This document shows positions 17,503 through 25,961 of a stretch of 32,000 nucleotides of DNA, piece by piece. Source of the DNA: Candidatus Methanoperedens sp. GTDB lineage: Archaea > Halobacteriota > Methanosarcinia > Methanosarcinales > Methanoperedenaceae. A program made the position numbers and the translations under genes. The DNA lies in assembly GCA_027460535.1 (NCBI GenBank), contig JAPZAR010000036.1:60001-92000 (forward strand), given 5' to 3'. Numbering within the stretch: position 1 is the stretch's first letter; each line of letters starts with the position of its first letter. Under the pieces are notes generated by a model, which was not told the DNA's origin, ran no database searches, and saw nothing but the letters and a program-made list of their open reading frames with translations.

Positions 17503-17820
17503 TTATTCCCTTGTGAAATATAACAATATGCTCAATGCTATGAACTCAAGTGCATCAGGGATTACCACATACACTGGATTATATCCCAGAAGATTCACTA
17601 TTATCGGGTACACCTGCGGGGGAGGAGGACTGCCGATAATCAAAAGCAAGAGGATAGCCCGGGAAAAGCTCTGGAGCAGGAGCGCTATGGTGAAAATAAT
17701 AAGCCCCAGAGTAAAATTAGATTTGATCTTGCTGTAAATCTCAAGGTAAGAAACAAAGAGCACAAGAAGTAAAACGATATTACCTGCCGTGATATAATAA
17801 GCAACCTCTGTTATCTGAAT
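17503..17820 (-). CDS. Small membrane protein; the start is probably non-canonical (ATT 17820) rather than the track's GTG 17763
   Basis: The GTG 17763 start falls inside a TM helix (VAYYITAGNIVLLLVLFVSYL). AGGAGG (17833..17828) lies 7 nt before ATT 17820..17818. There is no ATG/GTG/TTG in the 24 codons after the upstream TAG. Confidence 0.45.
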   Translation of the reverse strand: MQITEVAYYITAGNIVLLLVLFVSYLEIYSKIKSNFTLGLIIFTIALLLQSFSRAILLLLIIGSPPPPQVYPIIVNLLGYNPVYVVIPDALEFIALSILLYFTRE

Positions 17821-17835
17821 AAAATTTCCTCCTTC

Positions 17836-18129
17836 CTATTTATTCTTACTCTGCATATCAATTTTTTCCCAAATGTCATTGAACTCATTTAAATTGGCCT
17901 CCATAGCTTTGGAAATAAAATACATTGCGCCGTATTTGTCTCCTTCCATCGTTATCACTCCATTTTTAATAAGAACATCCAGATGGTGCCTGATTGTCTT
18001 ATAATCCATATTCAAAACCTCAGCTAACTGGTTTGCATTATACGGCCTGTCAATAAGATATTTCAGGATCAATGCGCGGGTCTGTCCTCCGCGCGTTCCT
18101 GCAATCAGATACCACAGTAGCTTTTTCAG
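17836..18129 (-). CDS. Winged-helix (ArsR-like) transcriptional regulator; the start is probably CTG 18129 rather than the track's TTG 18072
   Basis: HTH core PYNANQLAEVLNMDYKTIRHHLDVLIKNGVI. The open frame upstream encodes KKLLWYLIAGTRGGQTRALI, which I recall as the N-terminal segment of this family. AGGAGG (18142..18137) lies 7 nt before the CTG. Confidence 0.7.
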   Translation of the reverse strand: MKKLLWYLIAGTRGGQTRALILKYLIDRPYNANQLAEVLNMDYKTIRHHLDVLIKNGVITMEGDKYGAMYFISKAMEANLNEFNDIWEKIDMQSKNK

Positions 18130-18198
18130 AGATTCTCCTCCTACCCTGCAATTCAGGATAGATAACCAACCTAATTATTATAACTTATGGTAAAAAAT

Positions 18199-18810
18199 TT
18201 ATGCAGGCCCCCCATAACCCCGGACCTTGAAGTCGGCACAATAATCTTTGGCAATCTCTTTACATTTTCCAATATCCACCACCGGCAGATTTACCACTGT
18301 GAACCGAAGTTCCATCCCCGCTTTCGAGACGTCCCGGGCAAATTCAAGCATTTTTTTGTATGAGTTCTTGAACTTTGGATCGCAAAGCTGGTTATATGTA
18401 TCTTCATCATGCGCATTCAGGCTTATGGATACAATTTTCATACCTGCTTCTGCCAGTTCCCTTGCCACCTTTCTATCAGGGTACAAAAGTTTGGCATGGC
18501 CGATAGTATCAAGCCGGGTTTTCATACCCCGCGTCGTGAGCCATTTTGTAATCTCGAGAACCTCGTTCAAGCGCGCCAGAGGTTCCCCAAGCCCGGTGAA
18601 CACCACTTCATTGTATTTTGAAAGGTCGCTCATCGAGAGTTCATTTATTATTTCAGAAAGTGCTGGTTCTTTTGACAGGCGCAGGTTGTATCCGTATACT
18701 CCATCAGAATGGCGTTTTATGCAAAAAACACATTCTGCGGTACATCTGTTAGTAATGTTGAGATACAGGTTCCCGTGTGCTTCGTAGATAATAATGTCTT
18801 TTCTGTCCAT
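18199..18810 (-). CDS. Small radical SAM protein of about 200 aa, possibly the TatD-associated rSAM family
   Basis: CX3CX2C cluster in YLNITNRCTAECVFCIKR. GLGEPL motif. 203 aa. Confidence 0.75.
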   Translation of the reverse strand: MDRKDIIIYEAHGNLYLNITNRCTAECVFCIKRHSDGVYGYNLRLSKEPALSEIINELSMSDLSKYNEVVFTGLGEPLARLNEVLEITKWLTTRGMKTRLDTIGHAKLLYPDRKVARELAEAGMKIVSISLNAHDEDTYNQLCDPKFKNSYKKMLEFARDVSKAGMELRFTVVNLPVVDIGKCKEIAKDYCADFKVRGYGGPA

Positions 18811-18856
18811 TTCCTTTGTTAATAATAAGTTTCATAGCACATATTACTTTTCGTCA

Positions 18857-19687
18857 TCATGTAATAATCTCGCATCCTTCGGGGTGTACTATCACCGTGT
18901 GTTCTGCCTGGGCTACAATTTCGTTGCTTTTTTCAATAAGCTCATGATATTCCCGAAGCCCTCTCAGGTCTTCCATCCTTATACCTGGAATCCAGCGGCG
19001 CGAAAAAGGAAGGCATCCAATGCTTTTTCTCAGTTCAGCACTCACTTTTGTCCTTCCCGTTAGTGCAAAAATGTGGGATTTTCCGTATCTTATATCTCCT
19101 TTGCCATATGTGGCAAAAGGTTCAATCGCAAATACCATGTCCTTTTTCATTTTCTGGCTGAAGACGCTCCCATAATTCGGAACAGTGATACCTGAGTGCA
19201 GGTCATATCGCTCCAGGCTGTGCCCCGTCAGATCCCTGATCGGGTTGAAACCGTATCTCTTGATCGTGCTTTCAATTATCTTCCCGATCGTTCTTGTCTG
19301 GATACCGTCCTTAGTGGATGTAATGGCATTCCCAAGCGCCTCTTCGCAGGCTTTTATCAGACAGCAGTGCTTATCTGTCCCTATCTCGATAGTGCTTGCT
19401 GTATCCGCGATATACCCTTCGATATGAACACCAACGTCTATTTTTACAACATCACCTTTTTTGAAGCATGGTGCGCCGTCTTCGGGTGTGTAATGTGATG
19501 CAATCTCATTGACAGAAATATTGCAGGGGAATGCAGGTTTTCCCCCCAGCTCTCTTATCCTGTTCTCGGCAAATTCGGCGATCTCAATAAGCGGAACATC
19601 TGCTCTTACCCTGGAAATGGCTTCGTTCCTCGCACTTGCGGCTATTTTTCCTGCTTCGATATAGTATTCATGGATAGTTTCGTTCAT
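18857..19687 (-). CDS. map: Methionine aminopeptidase, type 2 (archaeal)
   Basis: GGKPAFPCNISVNEIASHYTP, GDVVKIDVGVHIEGYIADTA, FAIEPFAT, AQAEHTVIV. The start overlaps the EamA stop by 4 nt. Confidence 0.9.
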   Translation of the reverse strand: MNETIHEYYIEAGKIAASARNEAISRVRADVPLIEIAEFAENRIRELGGKPAFPCNISVNEIASHYTPEDGAPCFKKGDVVKIDVGVHIEGYIADTASTIEIGTDKHCCLIKACEEALGNAITSTKDGIQTRTIGKIIESTIKRYGFNPIRDLTGHSLERYDLHSGITVPNYGSVFSQKMKKDMVFAIEPFATYGKGDIRYGKSHIFALTGRTKVSAELRKSIGCLPFSRRWIPGIRMEDLRGLREYHELIEKSNEIVAQAEHTVIVHPEGCEIIT

Positions 19688-20550
19688 CTGTCCGTAGCAA
19701 CTAATGCTGCACCCGCCAATATAAATGCCCCCCCGATTACCTCTGGAAATGCAAGCCTTTCATTAAGAATAAGAACTGATAATACAATAGCACTTACTGG
19801 CTCTATCAACCCGAGGATGCTCGCACTTGCAGCTCTCACTTTCGCCAATCCGTTAAAATAAAGTGAAACGGCAAGTATGGTCGGGAATATAGCTAAAAGT
19901 ATGAGAAAAATTACGTTGGAGGAAAAGACATCCATTGGTACAAGACCCGATGGGAGGAGGACGAGCGCGGCTACCAGGAAACTCCAGAAAGCCTGGGTGT
20001 AACCTGAATATGTGGAGCTGATGAACTTTGAGGTCATTATCTGGAAGCCATAAGCTATGCCAGAAAGTATGCCTGCTATTATCCCGATGGATTGCAGCGA
20101 GAAATCAGGTTTTTCAGGGCCAACAATGAACAGGATGCCTGCGATGGATAGAAGAAGGGCTATCAACCCTTTCTTAGTTGCCCTTTCCTTCAAAAGCAGT
20201 GGCGAAAGTACCGTAACATATACAGGCGCTGTATATAAAAGTAGAACTGCAATAGAGACCGATGCATTCAATATGGCCTCGAAATACGTAAGCATGGTTG
20301 CTGCCTGAAGAATACTGAACATGACCAGATAGGATTTCTTATTTTTAAGGTGTACTCTATAAAGATTTCCTGAAATCAATAATACAGCGAACAGTATTAT
20401 GAATGCAATGGTCACCCTGTAAAAAATAATGCTCTGGGCTGACATTCCAATGATCATTTTCCCAAATATTCCTGCAAGTCCCCAGAGTATAGCTGCTGCA
20501 ATTATCTCCCCGTAGCCTGCAAAGATATTCCGGATTTGCGCTGGGTTCAT
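19684..20550 (-). CDS. EamA/DMT-superfamily transporter
   Basis: About 10 TM segments in two EamA-like halves. 288 aa. Confidence 0.75.
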   Translation of the reverse strand: MNPAQIRNIFAGYGEIIAAAILWGLAGIFGKMIIGMSAQSIIFYRVTIAFIILFAVLLISGNLYRVHLKNKKSYLVMFSILQAATMLTYFEAILNASVSIAVLLLYTAPVYVTVLSPLLLKERATKKGLIALLLSIAGILFIVGPEKPDFSLQSIGIIAGILSGIAYGFQIMTSKFISSTYSGYTQAFWSFLVAALVLLPSGLVPMDVFSSNVIFLILLAIFPTILAVSLYFNGLAKVRAASASILGLIEPVSAIVLSVLILNERLAFPEVIGGAFILAGAALVATDR

Positions 20551-20690
20551 GCGGTTCTGAAGATTCTATTAGGCAAAATAGGTTTCTTTTTTAGAACTGC
20601 AGCCGAATGCAGGTTTCCGGCATCAGCGACTATCACTGACTTTCTATTTATACAGTTCGCTCATTTTTCCGGATAATTCCGGATGACGGT

Positions 20691-21803
20691 TCATGCCAAC
20701 GCTTTCATGAATCTCTCTTTGATCTCGTGCGCCGACAGGGGGATTTCCTTGCATTTCATGTTTACAGGCTTCACTATCACATGAACAAAACCTGCTTTGC
20801 GCTGCAACGCCTCTCTCAATTCCTCAATGGTATGCACTTTGACGGTATCTCCTATCCCGCTTGCCTTTGCGAGAAATTCGAGATCAATCTGCCTGAAGGT
20901 TGCCGTTTCCTGGTTTCCCGTGGAGCCGTATGCTGCATTATCTATGGCAACCACAGTCATGTTTTCGGAAGCGCAGGCGCCGATAGCTGTCAGAGCGTTC
21001 GGATTCATAAGGAGACTCCCATCTCCATCGATCACATACACATGCCTTTTCTGCACAATGGAAAGACCGAGACCTATGGAAGACACCAAACCCATCGAAC
21101 CGAGCATATAGAAATTAAACTTCCTGTCCCTGATCTCAAATAATTCCTTTGAAGGGATGCCGAGGTTCGCGACAATGATATCATCATTAACCAGTGAGGT
21201 AATTACCTTAATTGCCTCATATCTTGTCATTGCAGGTTTCCTTATTTCCGACCTTAACCTCAATTCCGTTGTTCGGGGGGTTATCTCAAGAGGCTCAGAC
21301 ACTTCACACATGGAGCCTTCCCATACTGCAGGTGAAACCAATATGACATGAGGTCTTGAATTGTCAAAAGAATCCCTGATCGCAGTATCGATCTCATCCA
21401 GTTCATCCTGGGTATTTAAGATCGTATATTTTATATCTGCGGCATCCAGGATTGCAGGAAGCCTTTTACCGAACTGCCATTGGGCTTCGATCGATTCTCT
21501 GTAAACGCCGCGCCAGCTTGCCAGCACTGGTAAAGGTATCCCGTATGTCAAATTGAGGGATTCCAGGGCATTTATCATATTGCCTATCCCTGTGCTCTGG
21601 ATCACCATAACAGGTCTTCCGCCCCCCAGGTATATGCCTGCGCATATTCCCACACCGTTCTCTTCTCGGGTCAAAGGAAGCGTTGTCATATTTTTGCCGA
21701 TCTGAGGGAGAAGGGCTTTGATCCTATCGCACGGAAGCGTAGCTGCAAAATTTATCCTGTTCTTTTTCAGGATTTCAACGACTTTGCTCTCCGGACTTAT
21801 CAT
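20691..21803 (-). CDS. comDE: Sulfopyruvate decarboxylase, fused alpha+beta (ComDE), coenzyme M biosynthesis
   Basis: 370 aa. The N-terminal ComD-like half reads INFAATLPCDRIKALL...REENGVGICAGIYLGG. The C-terminal ThDP-binding ComE-like half reads VIDGDGSLLMNPNAL. The ATG overlaps the stop of the upstream gene (TAATG). Confidence 0.85.
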   Translation of the reverse strand: MISPESKVVEILKKNRINFAATLPCDRIKALLPQIGKNMTTLPLTREENGVGICAGIYLGGGRPVMVIQSTGIGNMINALESLNLTYGIPLPVLASWRGVYRESIEAQWQFGKRLPAILDAADIKYTILNTQDELDEIDTAIRDSFDNSRPHVILVSPAVWEGSMCEVSEPLEITPRTTELRLRSEIRKPAMTRYEAIKVITSLVNDDIIVANLGIPSKELFEIRDRKFNFYMLGSMGLVSSIGLGLSIVQKRHVYVIDGDGSLLMNPNALTAIGACASENMTVVAIDNAAYGSTGNQETATFRQIDLEFLAKASGIGDTVKVHTIEELREALQRKAGFVHVIVKPVNMKCKEIPLSAHEIKERFMKALA

Positions 21804-23134
21804 TATACGGCCAATACTTTTCTGTGGATTATCTCTTCAAGCGGCACGATCGCATTTTCGGCACATGCCGCCGGCTCTATTTTGTGCAGGGAATAATCCA
21901 TTTCGAGTCGCTTCACGCCTCCCCCCGTTATGTTCAGACAAATGTGTTCCTCTGCGTCTACTTTATGGCTATTCACCGCTTCCATAAGGGATGCAACCGC
22001 AACTGCGGCCGGAGGGAATATGTCTATCCCTTCAAACCGCTCGAATAACCTCTGTGCGTCTTTTGTATCATTATTTGAGATTCCGTACATCGTTCCGTCG
22101 GTGGAACACAGCGCATCGTAGACACCGCCCGGAACAGAATACGGCGGTTCTCTGTTGGATAGTATGTCGGCGTACATCTTATGAATGAGCTCCTTGGGAT
22201 TAGGCATGTCAAGGTCCTTAATGATCTCGCGTCTTTTTGCATTCCATGCATGGAACATGGGCGCAAAAGGCAGGTTCTGCGAAAGGTGGAGCTGCGGCAG
22301 TCTTTTTCCGAACCTTCCATCTTCAAGCAAGCGCATCGACGCTTCCCATGACGCAATGCCGCCCGTCCCACTCCCTATGGCCTGGAAATAATGATCGGGC
22401 ATCCGCCTCATGTATAATGAGGCGTCCAGCATCACGGTTCCCATTCCATCCCTCCGCGCCACGTTCCTTGCCCCCCCTTCCGCCATCATGCCAGGAAGGG
22501 ATGAGAGGCGCTCTGCAAGGTGAATGGAATCAGTATAATCGCAGTTCTTTCCCATCTGGATAATATGAATTGAATCTGTAGGCTCCTCGGGAAGCCATAG
22601 CCTTGGCACTCCGCTTGCCGGCACAACGATATAAACTTTTACGCCTGTCAGCGCGGATACGTGGGCAAAGGCACGCGCGGTGTTCCCGGCTGACGCCAGG
22701 ACAAGAGATTTGCCTGAATTCTTGATCTTCTGGATGGTGGGAAAGGCTTCCAGTTCCTTGAAACTGCAGGTTTTGATAAAAGCCCCATTTTCTGGCCAGT
22801 AGCCGTTAAAAGATACGTATAAATTATTCAATCCCAATTCTGCCGCAAGTTCAGTGCTTTTGTATGTGATCGGTCCGGAATCTGAAGTGATGATTTCATT
22901 TACGGGCAGCCAGTCATGGAACTTTCCCATCCCTGGAACATCCTTCAGCATGATCTGGCGATTGCTGTACTTTGTCCGCAAAAGGGCATTGTCGGTAGTG
23001 CACTTCAGCCGGTCGTCAAAATAAATGCCCGAACAGCCTGTGCATTCAAGATGGAATTTGGGATTCTTAGATATCGAAATAGATGATTGCGAGCTGGAAA
23101 CCCTTTTGCCGCATGCATATTCGCTTTCTGTCAT
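21803..23134 (-). CDS. Cysteate synthase (threonine-synthase-like PLP enzyme)
   Basis: PLP-lysine region TCSFKELEAFPT and a threonine-synthase-like fold (ASAGNTARAFA, GSGTGGIA). It is translationally coupled to comDE, as expected for the cysteate route to CoM. Confidence 0.75.
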   Translation of the reverse strand: MTESEYACGKRVSSSQSSISISKNPKFHLECTGCSGIYFDDRLKCTTDNALLRTKYSNRQIMLKDVPGMGKFHDWLPVNEIITSDSGPITYKSTELAAELGLNNLYVSFNGYWPENGAFIKTCSFKELEAFPTIQKIKNSGKSLVLASAGNTARAFAHVSALTGVKVYIVVPASGVPRLWLPEEPTDSIHIIQMGKNCDYTDSIHLAERLSSLPGMMAEGGARNVARRDGMGTVMLDASLYMRRMPDHYFQAIGSGTGGIASWEASMRLLEDGRFGKRLPQLHLSQNLPFAPMFHAWNAKRREIIKDLDMPNPKELIHKMYADILSNREPPYSVPGGVYDALCSTDGTMYGISNNDTKDAQRLFERFEGIDIFPPAAVAVASLMEAVNSHKVDAEEHICLNITGGGVKRLEMDYSLHKIEPAACAENAIVPLEEIIHRKVLAV

Positions 23135-23410
23135 AATTAATAGGTTTAATTTAGTTGACTATTTATGTCTTTCCGTTTAAAGTGTAATTTTTTCCTGAAT
23201 TAGACACTAAAACAATTCCAATATACTTTTGTCCAATAGTGCATAAGAACAATAAATGGTCGAATCTTTCGTTTCTCTGTGAAGTGGCTGCCACAGAACA
23301 GTACTCGGGCTTTCTCAAACAGGCCGACCGGGGTATTTTTTGAGCCTGCCGATCGTTCTCCGTCCCTCTTCATTAACTGGCAGGATATAAAAAAGATAAT
23401 CATCCAGCGG

Positions 23411-23453
23411 GAAGAAAAAACCTGACTGGCAAGGAACCTGTGTTTACCCGCTG
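23411..23453 (-). terminator. Oligo-T tract inside a 7-bp stem, directly after the cbiE stop
   Basis: The minus strand reads CAGCGGG-TAA-...GGTTTTTTCTT-CCCGCTG. The T6 tract is at 23420..23415. Confidence 0.3.
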
Positions 23454-24022
23454 ATTACGATACAATAAAGGGAAGAGCTTACAGATGGCGGTTCCTCTGT
23501 CGTGCCTGTCACTATTCTCTCATCCGGATAGGCAAGCCTCTCGCAAACGGAGATTTTCCTCGAAAGCCCCCGGGATTTCATAACATCTGCGATCTCTTTC
23601 ACCCCGAAGTCCCGGCCCGGTAGAATGAACAGTTTTCTCCCTTCCCTAAGCTGTTCGACGATTCGTTTTTCCACAATAATGCTTTCGCCTGAATGGGCTG
23701 TGATCACGGAAAGATTGTCCATATCCAGACACAGGCGGGAGCATGCCAGCTGCAGCGATGATATCCCCGGGATCACTTCGTCGTATTTTTTTGCGAATTT
23801 ACCAAGACCTGAGAGCATAGGATCGCCTGTTGAAAGCACGACTGCATTTTCAGGGAGTGAATCCAATTTATAATCAGTGATCTCATGAGTCTCACATTTT
23901 TTATGCTCTCTTGCGAGCTCTATCGCTCTCTTTGATCCGAATATTATTTCAGCGCTTTCAATTGCAGATATTGCTTCCTCAGTAAGGAGATTCGGGCCAG
24001 CCCCTACGCCTACTATTTTCAT
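23444..24022 (-). CDS. cbiE: Cobalt-precorrin-7 (C5)-methyltransferase CbiE
   Basis: MKIVGVGAGPNLLTEEAISAIESAEIIFGSKRAIELA is a tetrapyrrole-methylase N-terminus. There is a 4-nt overlap with cbiD. Confidence 0.8.
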   Translation of the reverse strand: MKIVGVGAGPNLLTEEAISAIESAEIIFGSKRAIELAREHKKCETHEITDYKLDSLPENAVVLSTGDPMLSGLGKFAKKYDEVIPGISSLQLACSRLCLDMDNLSVITAHSGESIIVEKRIVEQLREGRKLFILPGRDFGVKEIADVMKSRGLSRKISVCERLAYPDERIVTGTTEEPPSVSSSLYCIVISG

Positions 24023-25008
24023 TTTCGCTCACCACTGTCCCGAAGTATTGTTCCATCCCTGTTCAAAAGCACGACCCTTTTGCCCGATAACTTCACAGCC
24101 TCCGCAAGAGCGCTGTCGATGAGAGCATTTTTTGGATTATCTTCGATCATATCCGCAATCGTCCTGTACCCGCTGTTTTTCAACAGATCCCGGGACGCCC
24201 ATTTGAGGATCAAGCCAGGGAGTCCCACGATAATCACTTCTCCCTTTGCCGCTCTTAATCCCCTGGTAATATCACTCCCGATAAGTATCACATCGTAATC
24301 CGGGAAAAGCAAATGGGAGAAACGCATGCCAAGGCGCCCCGTTGTGAACACTATCCTGTCCGAGCGCCTAATGAGTTCTTCTTTCATTTCACCCAGATGC
24401 TCATTCCATGGTTCGACAAAGCCGGTGGTGCCAAGAATAGATATGCCGCCAATTATTCCCACTTTTTCATTGAGCGTATGTTTTGCGATCTCCTTACCCC
24501 TGGGTACTGAAATGGTGACTATAGCACCTTTCAGCCCGGTTTCAATAAGCGCCTCCTTGACCGATTCCTCTATCTGCCGCATGGGAATTGGATTGATAGC
24601 GGGTGTCTCATTTTTTCTGCCTATACCGAAGCCTGCTTTGATTATGATGTTTTCATTATCCTTTGCCTCGGCGATGATTTCCACGCCCTTTGTAGCATCG
24701 AAGGCATGGTCGCCTGAGTCTTTAATAGCAGATGCTTTTCCATCCCTGGCGTTTACAGGCATGATGGCCCGCGGACCTGCGGGTGTGGGTACCGATACTT
24801 CTGAGATCCCTTTTCTCAAGGACAATACAGCGGCTTTTGCGGCAGCAGACGCTGTAGTCCCCGTGGTATAACCCCGCCGCAGCAGCAAACCGTTTGAAAG
24901 AAGCACGTAGCGCCCGCTCGAAATCATCGAATCGAGTTCATTTGCCGGGACGTTTGCCCTCATCATCCATTCATCCGGAATATGAAAATTGTTAACAGGG
25001 TCTATCAT
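24019..25008 (-). CDS. cbiD: Cobalt-precorrin-5B (C1)-methyltransferase CbiD
   Basis: LRRGYTTGTTASAAAKAA signature. 329 aa. Confidence 0.9.
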   Translation of the reverse strand: MIDPVNNFHIPDEWMMRANVPANELDSMISSGRYVLLSNGLLLRRGYTTGTTASAAAKAAVLSLRKGISEVSVPTPAGPRAIMPVNARDGKASAIKDSGDHAFDATKGVEIIAEAKDNENIIIKAGFGIGRKNETPAINPIPMRQIEESVKEALIETGLKGAIVTISVPRGKEIAKHTLNEKVGIIGGISILGTTGFVEPWNEHLGEMKEELIRRSDRIVFTTGRLGMRFSHLLFPDYDVILIGSDITRGLRAAKGEVIIVGLPGLILKWASRDLLKNSGYRTIADMIEDNPKNALIDSALAEAVKLSGKRVVLLNRDGTILRDSGERK

Positions 25009-25172
25009 TTTGTTTCATCTGATTAGTGTAATTATTCCTTTATAGTATATTATCTATATATATAAATTATTAATTTAACTCAACAGTATTTTGAAATTCA
25101 AATACCAGCAATGCCATTTTATTCACATAGTATATACACTTTTTTATACTTTGAAATCATAATAGTCAGCAA

Positions 25173-25355
25173 ATGAGAAAAGATAATTATAGATTCAGGC
25201 GACCTCGCTGCTGCGGCTCCATGATGGTCTCGGCGTACTTCGGGCATGGGAGGGCAGCGCCCGGTAAAGAAAAGATAGGACTGTACTGTACCCGATGCAG
25301 GCGGTTTGAAATAGAAAGACCGATGCATCCAACTGTTGATGGCGGAATTAAGTAA
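25173..25355 (+). CDS. Possible small zinc-ribbon-like protein of 60 aa
   Basis: RRPRCCGSMM...LYCTRCRRFE Cys pairs. It ends 6 nt before the next ATG. ORFs exist on both strands here, so the call is tentative. Confidence 0.35.
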   Translation: MRKDNYRFRRPRCCGSMMVSAYFGHGRAAPGKEKIGLYCTRCRRFEIERPMHPTVDGGIK

Positions 25356-25361
25356 ATAAAT

Positions 25362-25799
25362 ATGATAAAAAGAGAAGAAAGATTGTCGTTTATATATTTA
25401 CTTTGTGGGTTATTTTTTCTAATTCAAGCTGTTTTAAATATTGAGATTATACCTGTGGAATACGCCATTAAGATACTTGGAATTCCATCGAACATAGAAG
25501 GTTTTTTTTGGCTGGCAATATATTCTGTTTTGTTTAGCATGGCATCATATGTTGGAACAATGGCATACGCAAGAATATTTTCTAAAGGCAAAGAATGGGC
25601 GGCTAAAATTGCTTCTGTATATTTTGTTAACGGAATGGTAGGATTTTTTACCATTTGTATAACCATTTTCTCTTTTGGAATACTTTCGTTGTTTAAAATA
25701 CTTCCAATGCAAATCTCTTTTACGCGAACCGTGTATCTTTATATGTTTTGGTTTTTTGTTTTAAAAATGCTTAACATAAGACCGGCCAATAATAAATAA
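25362..25799 (+). CDS. Hypothetical membrane protein with about 4 TM helices, AT-rich
   Basis: Track ORF with hydrophobic segments. I recognise no family. Confidence 0.5.
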   Translation: MIKREERLSFIYLLCGLFFLIQAVLNIEIIPVEYAIKILGIPSNIEGFFWLAIYSVLFSMASYVGTMAYARIFSKGKEWAAKIASVYFVNGMVGFFTICITIFSFGILSLFKILPMQISFTRTVYLYMFWFFVLKMLNIRPANNK

Positions 25800-25815
25800 A
25801 TTTTAAGGATGAATT

Positions 25816-25961
25816 ATGAAAATAGATGTTAAAAAACTTCCCAAGTCGCAAGTTGAACTGACGATTGAAATTCCGGCTGAAAAATGGAAACACTATCATG
25901 ATCAGCGATAGAATGTTTGGCCGAACACGTAAAAATTCCCGGTTTCAGGCCGGGCAAAGCT
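25816..25961 (+). pseudogene. tig: Trigger-factor (Tig) N-terminal fragment, frameshifted and truncated
   Basis: MKIDVKKLPKSQVELTIEIPAEKWKHYHDQR* (25816..25911). After a shift near 25905 it reads AIECLAEHVKIPGFRPGKA, which carries the ribosome-binding GFRxGxxP signature. The homology ends at about 25961. Confidence 0.6.

Noticed and set aside
18248-18787. 179-aa + strand ORF
   Set aside because: It is an antisense shadow of the radical SAM gene.
20668-20683. TCCGGA-TAAT-TCCGGA-type hairpin after the comDE stop, as a terminator
   Set aside because: On the transcribed (minus) strand it is followed by an A-run, not a T-run. The stem is only 6 bp.
23200-23403. 67-aa minus-strand ORF in the cysteate synthase / cbiE spacer
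   Set aside because: It has no SD and no motifs. The region is better explained as the cbiE terminator plus the cysteate synthase promoter.
24326-24871. 181-aa + strand ORF
   Set aside because: It is an antisense shadow of cbiD.
25119-25328. 69-aa minus-strand ORF opposite the Cys-pair mini-ORF
   Set aside because: It has no recognisable features. The + strand ORF has paired Cys motifs and is coupled to the next gene. Confidence remains low either way.
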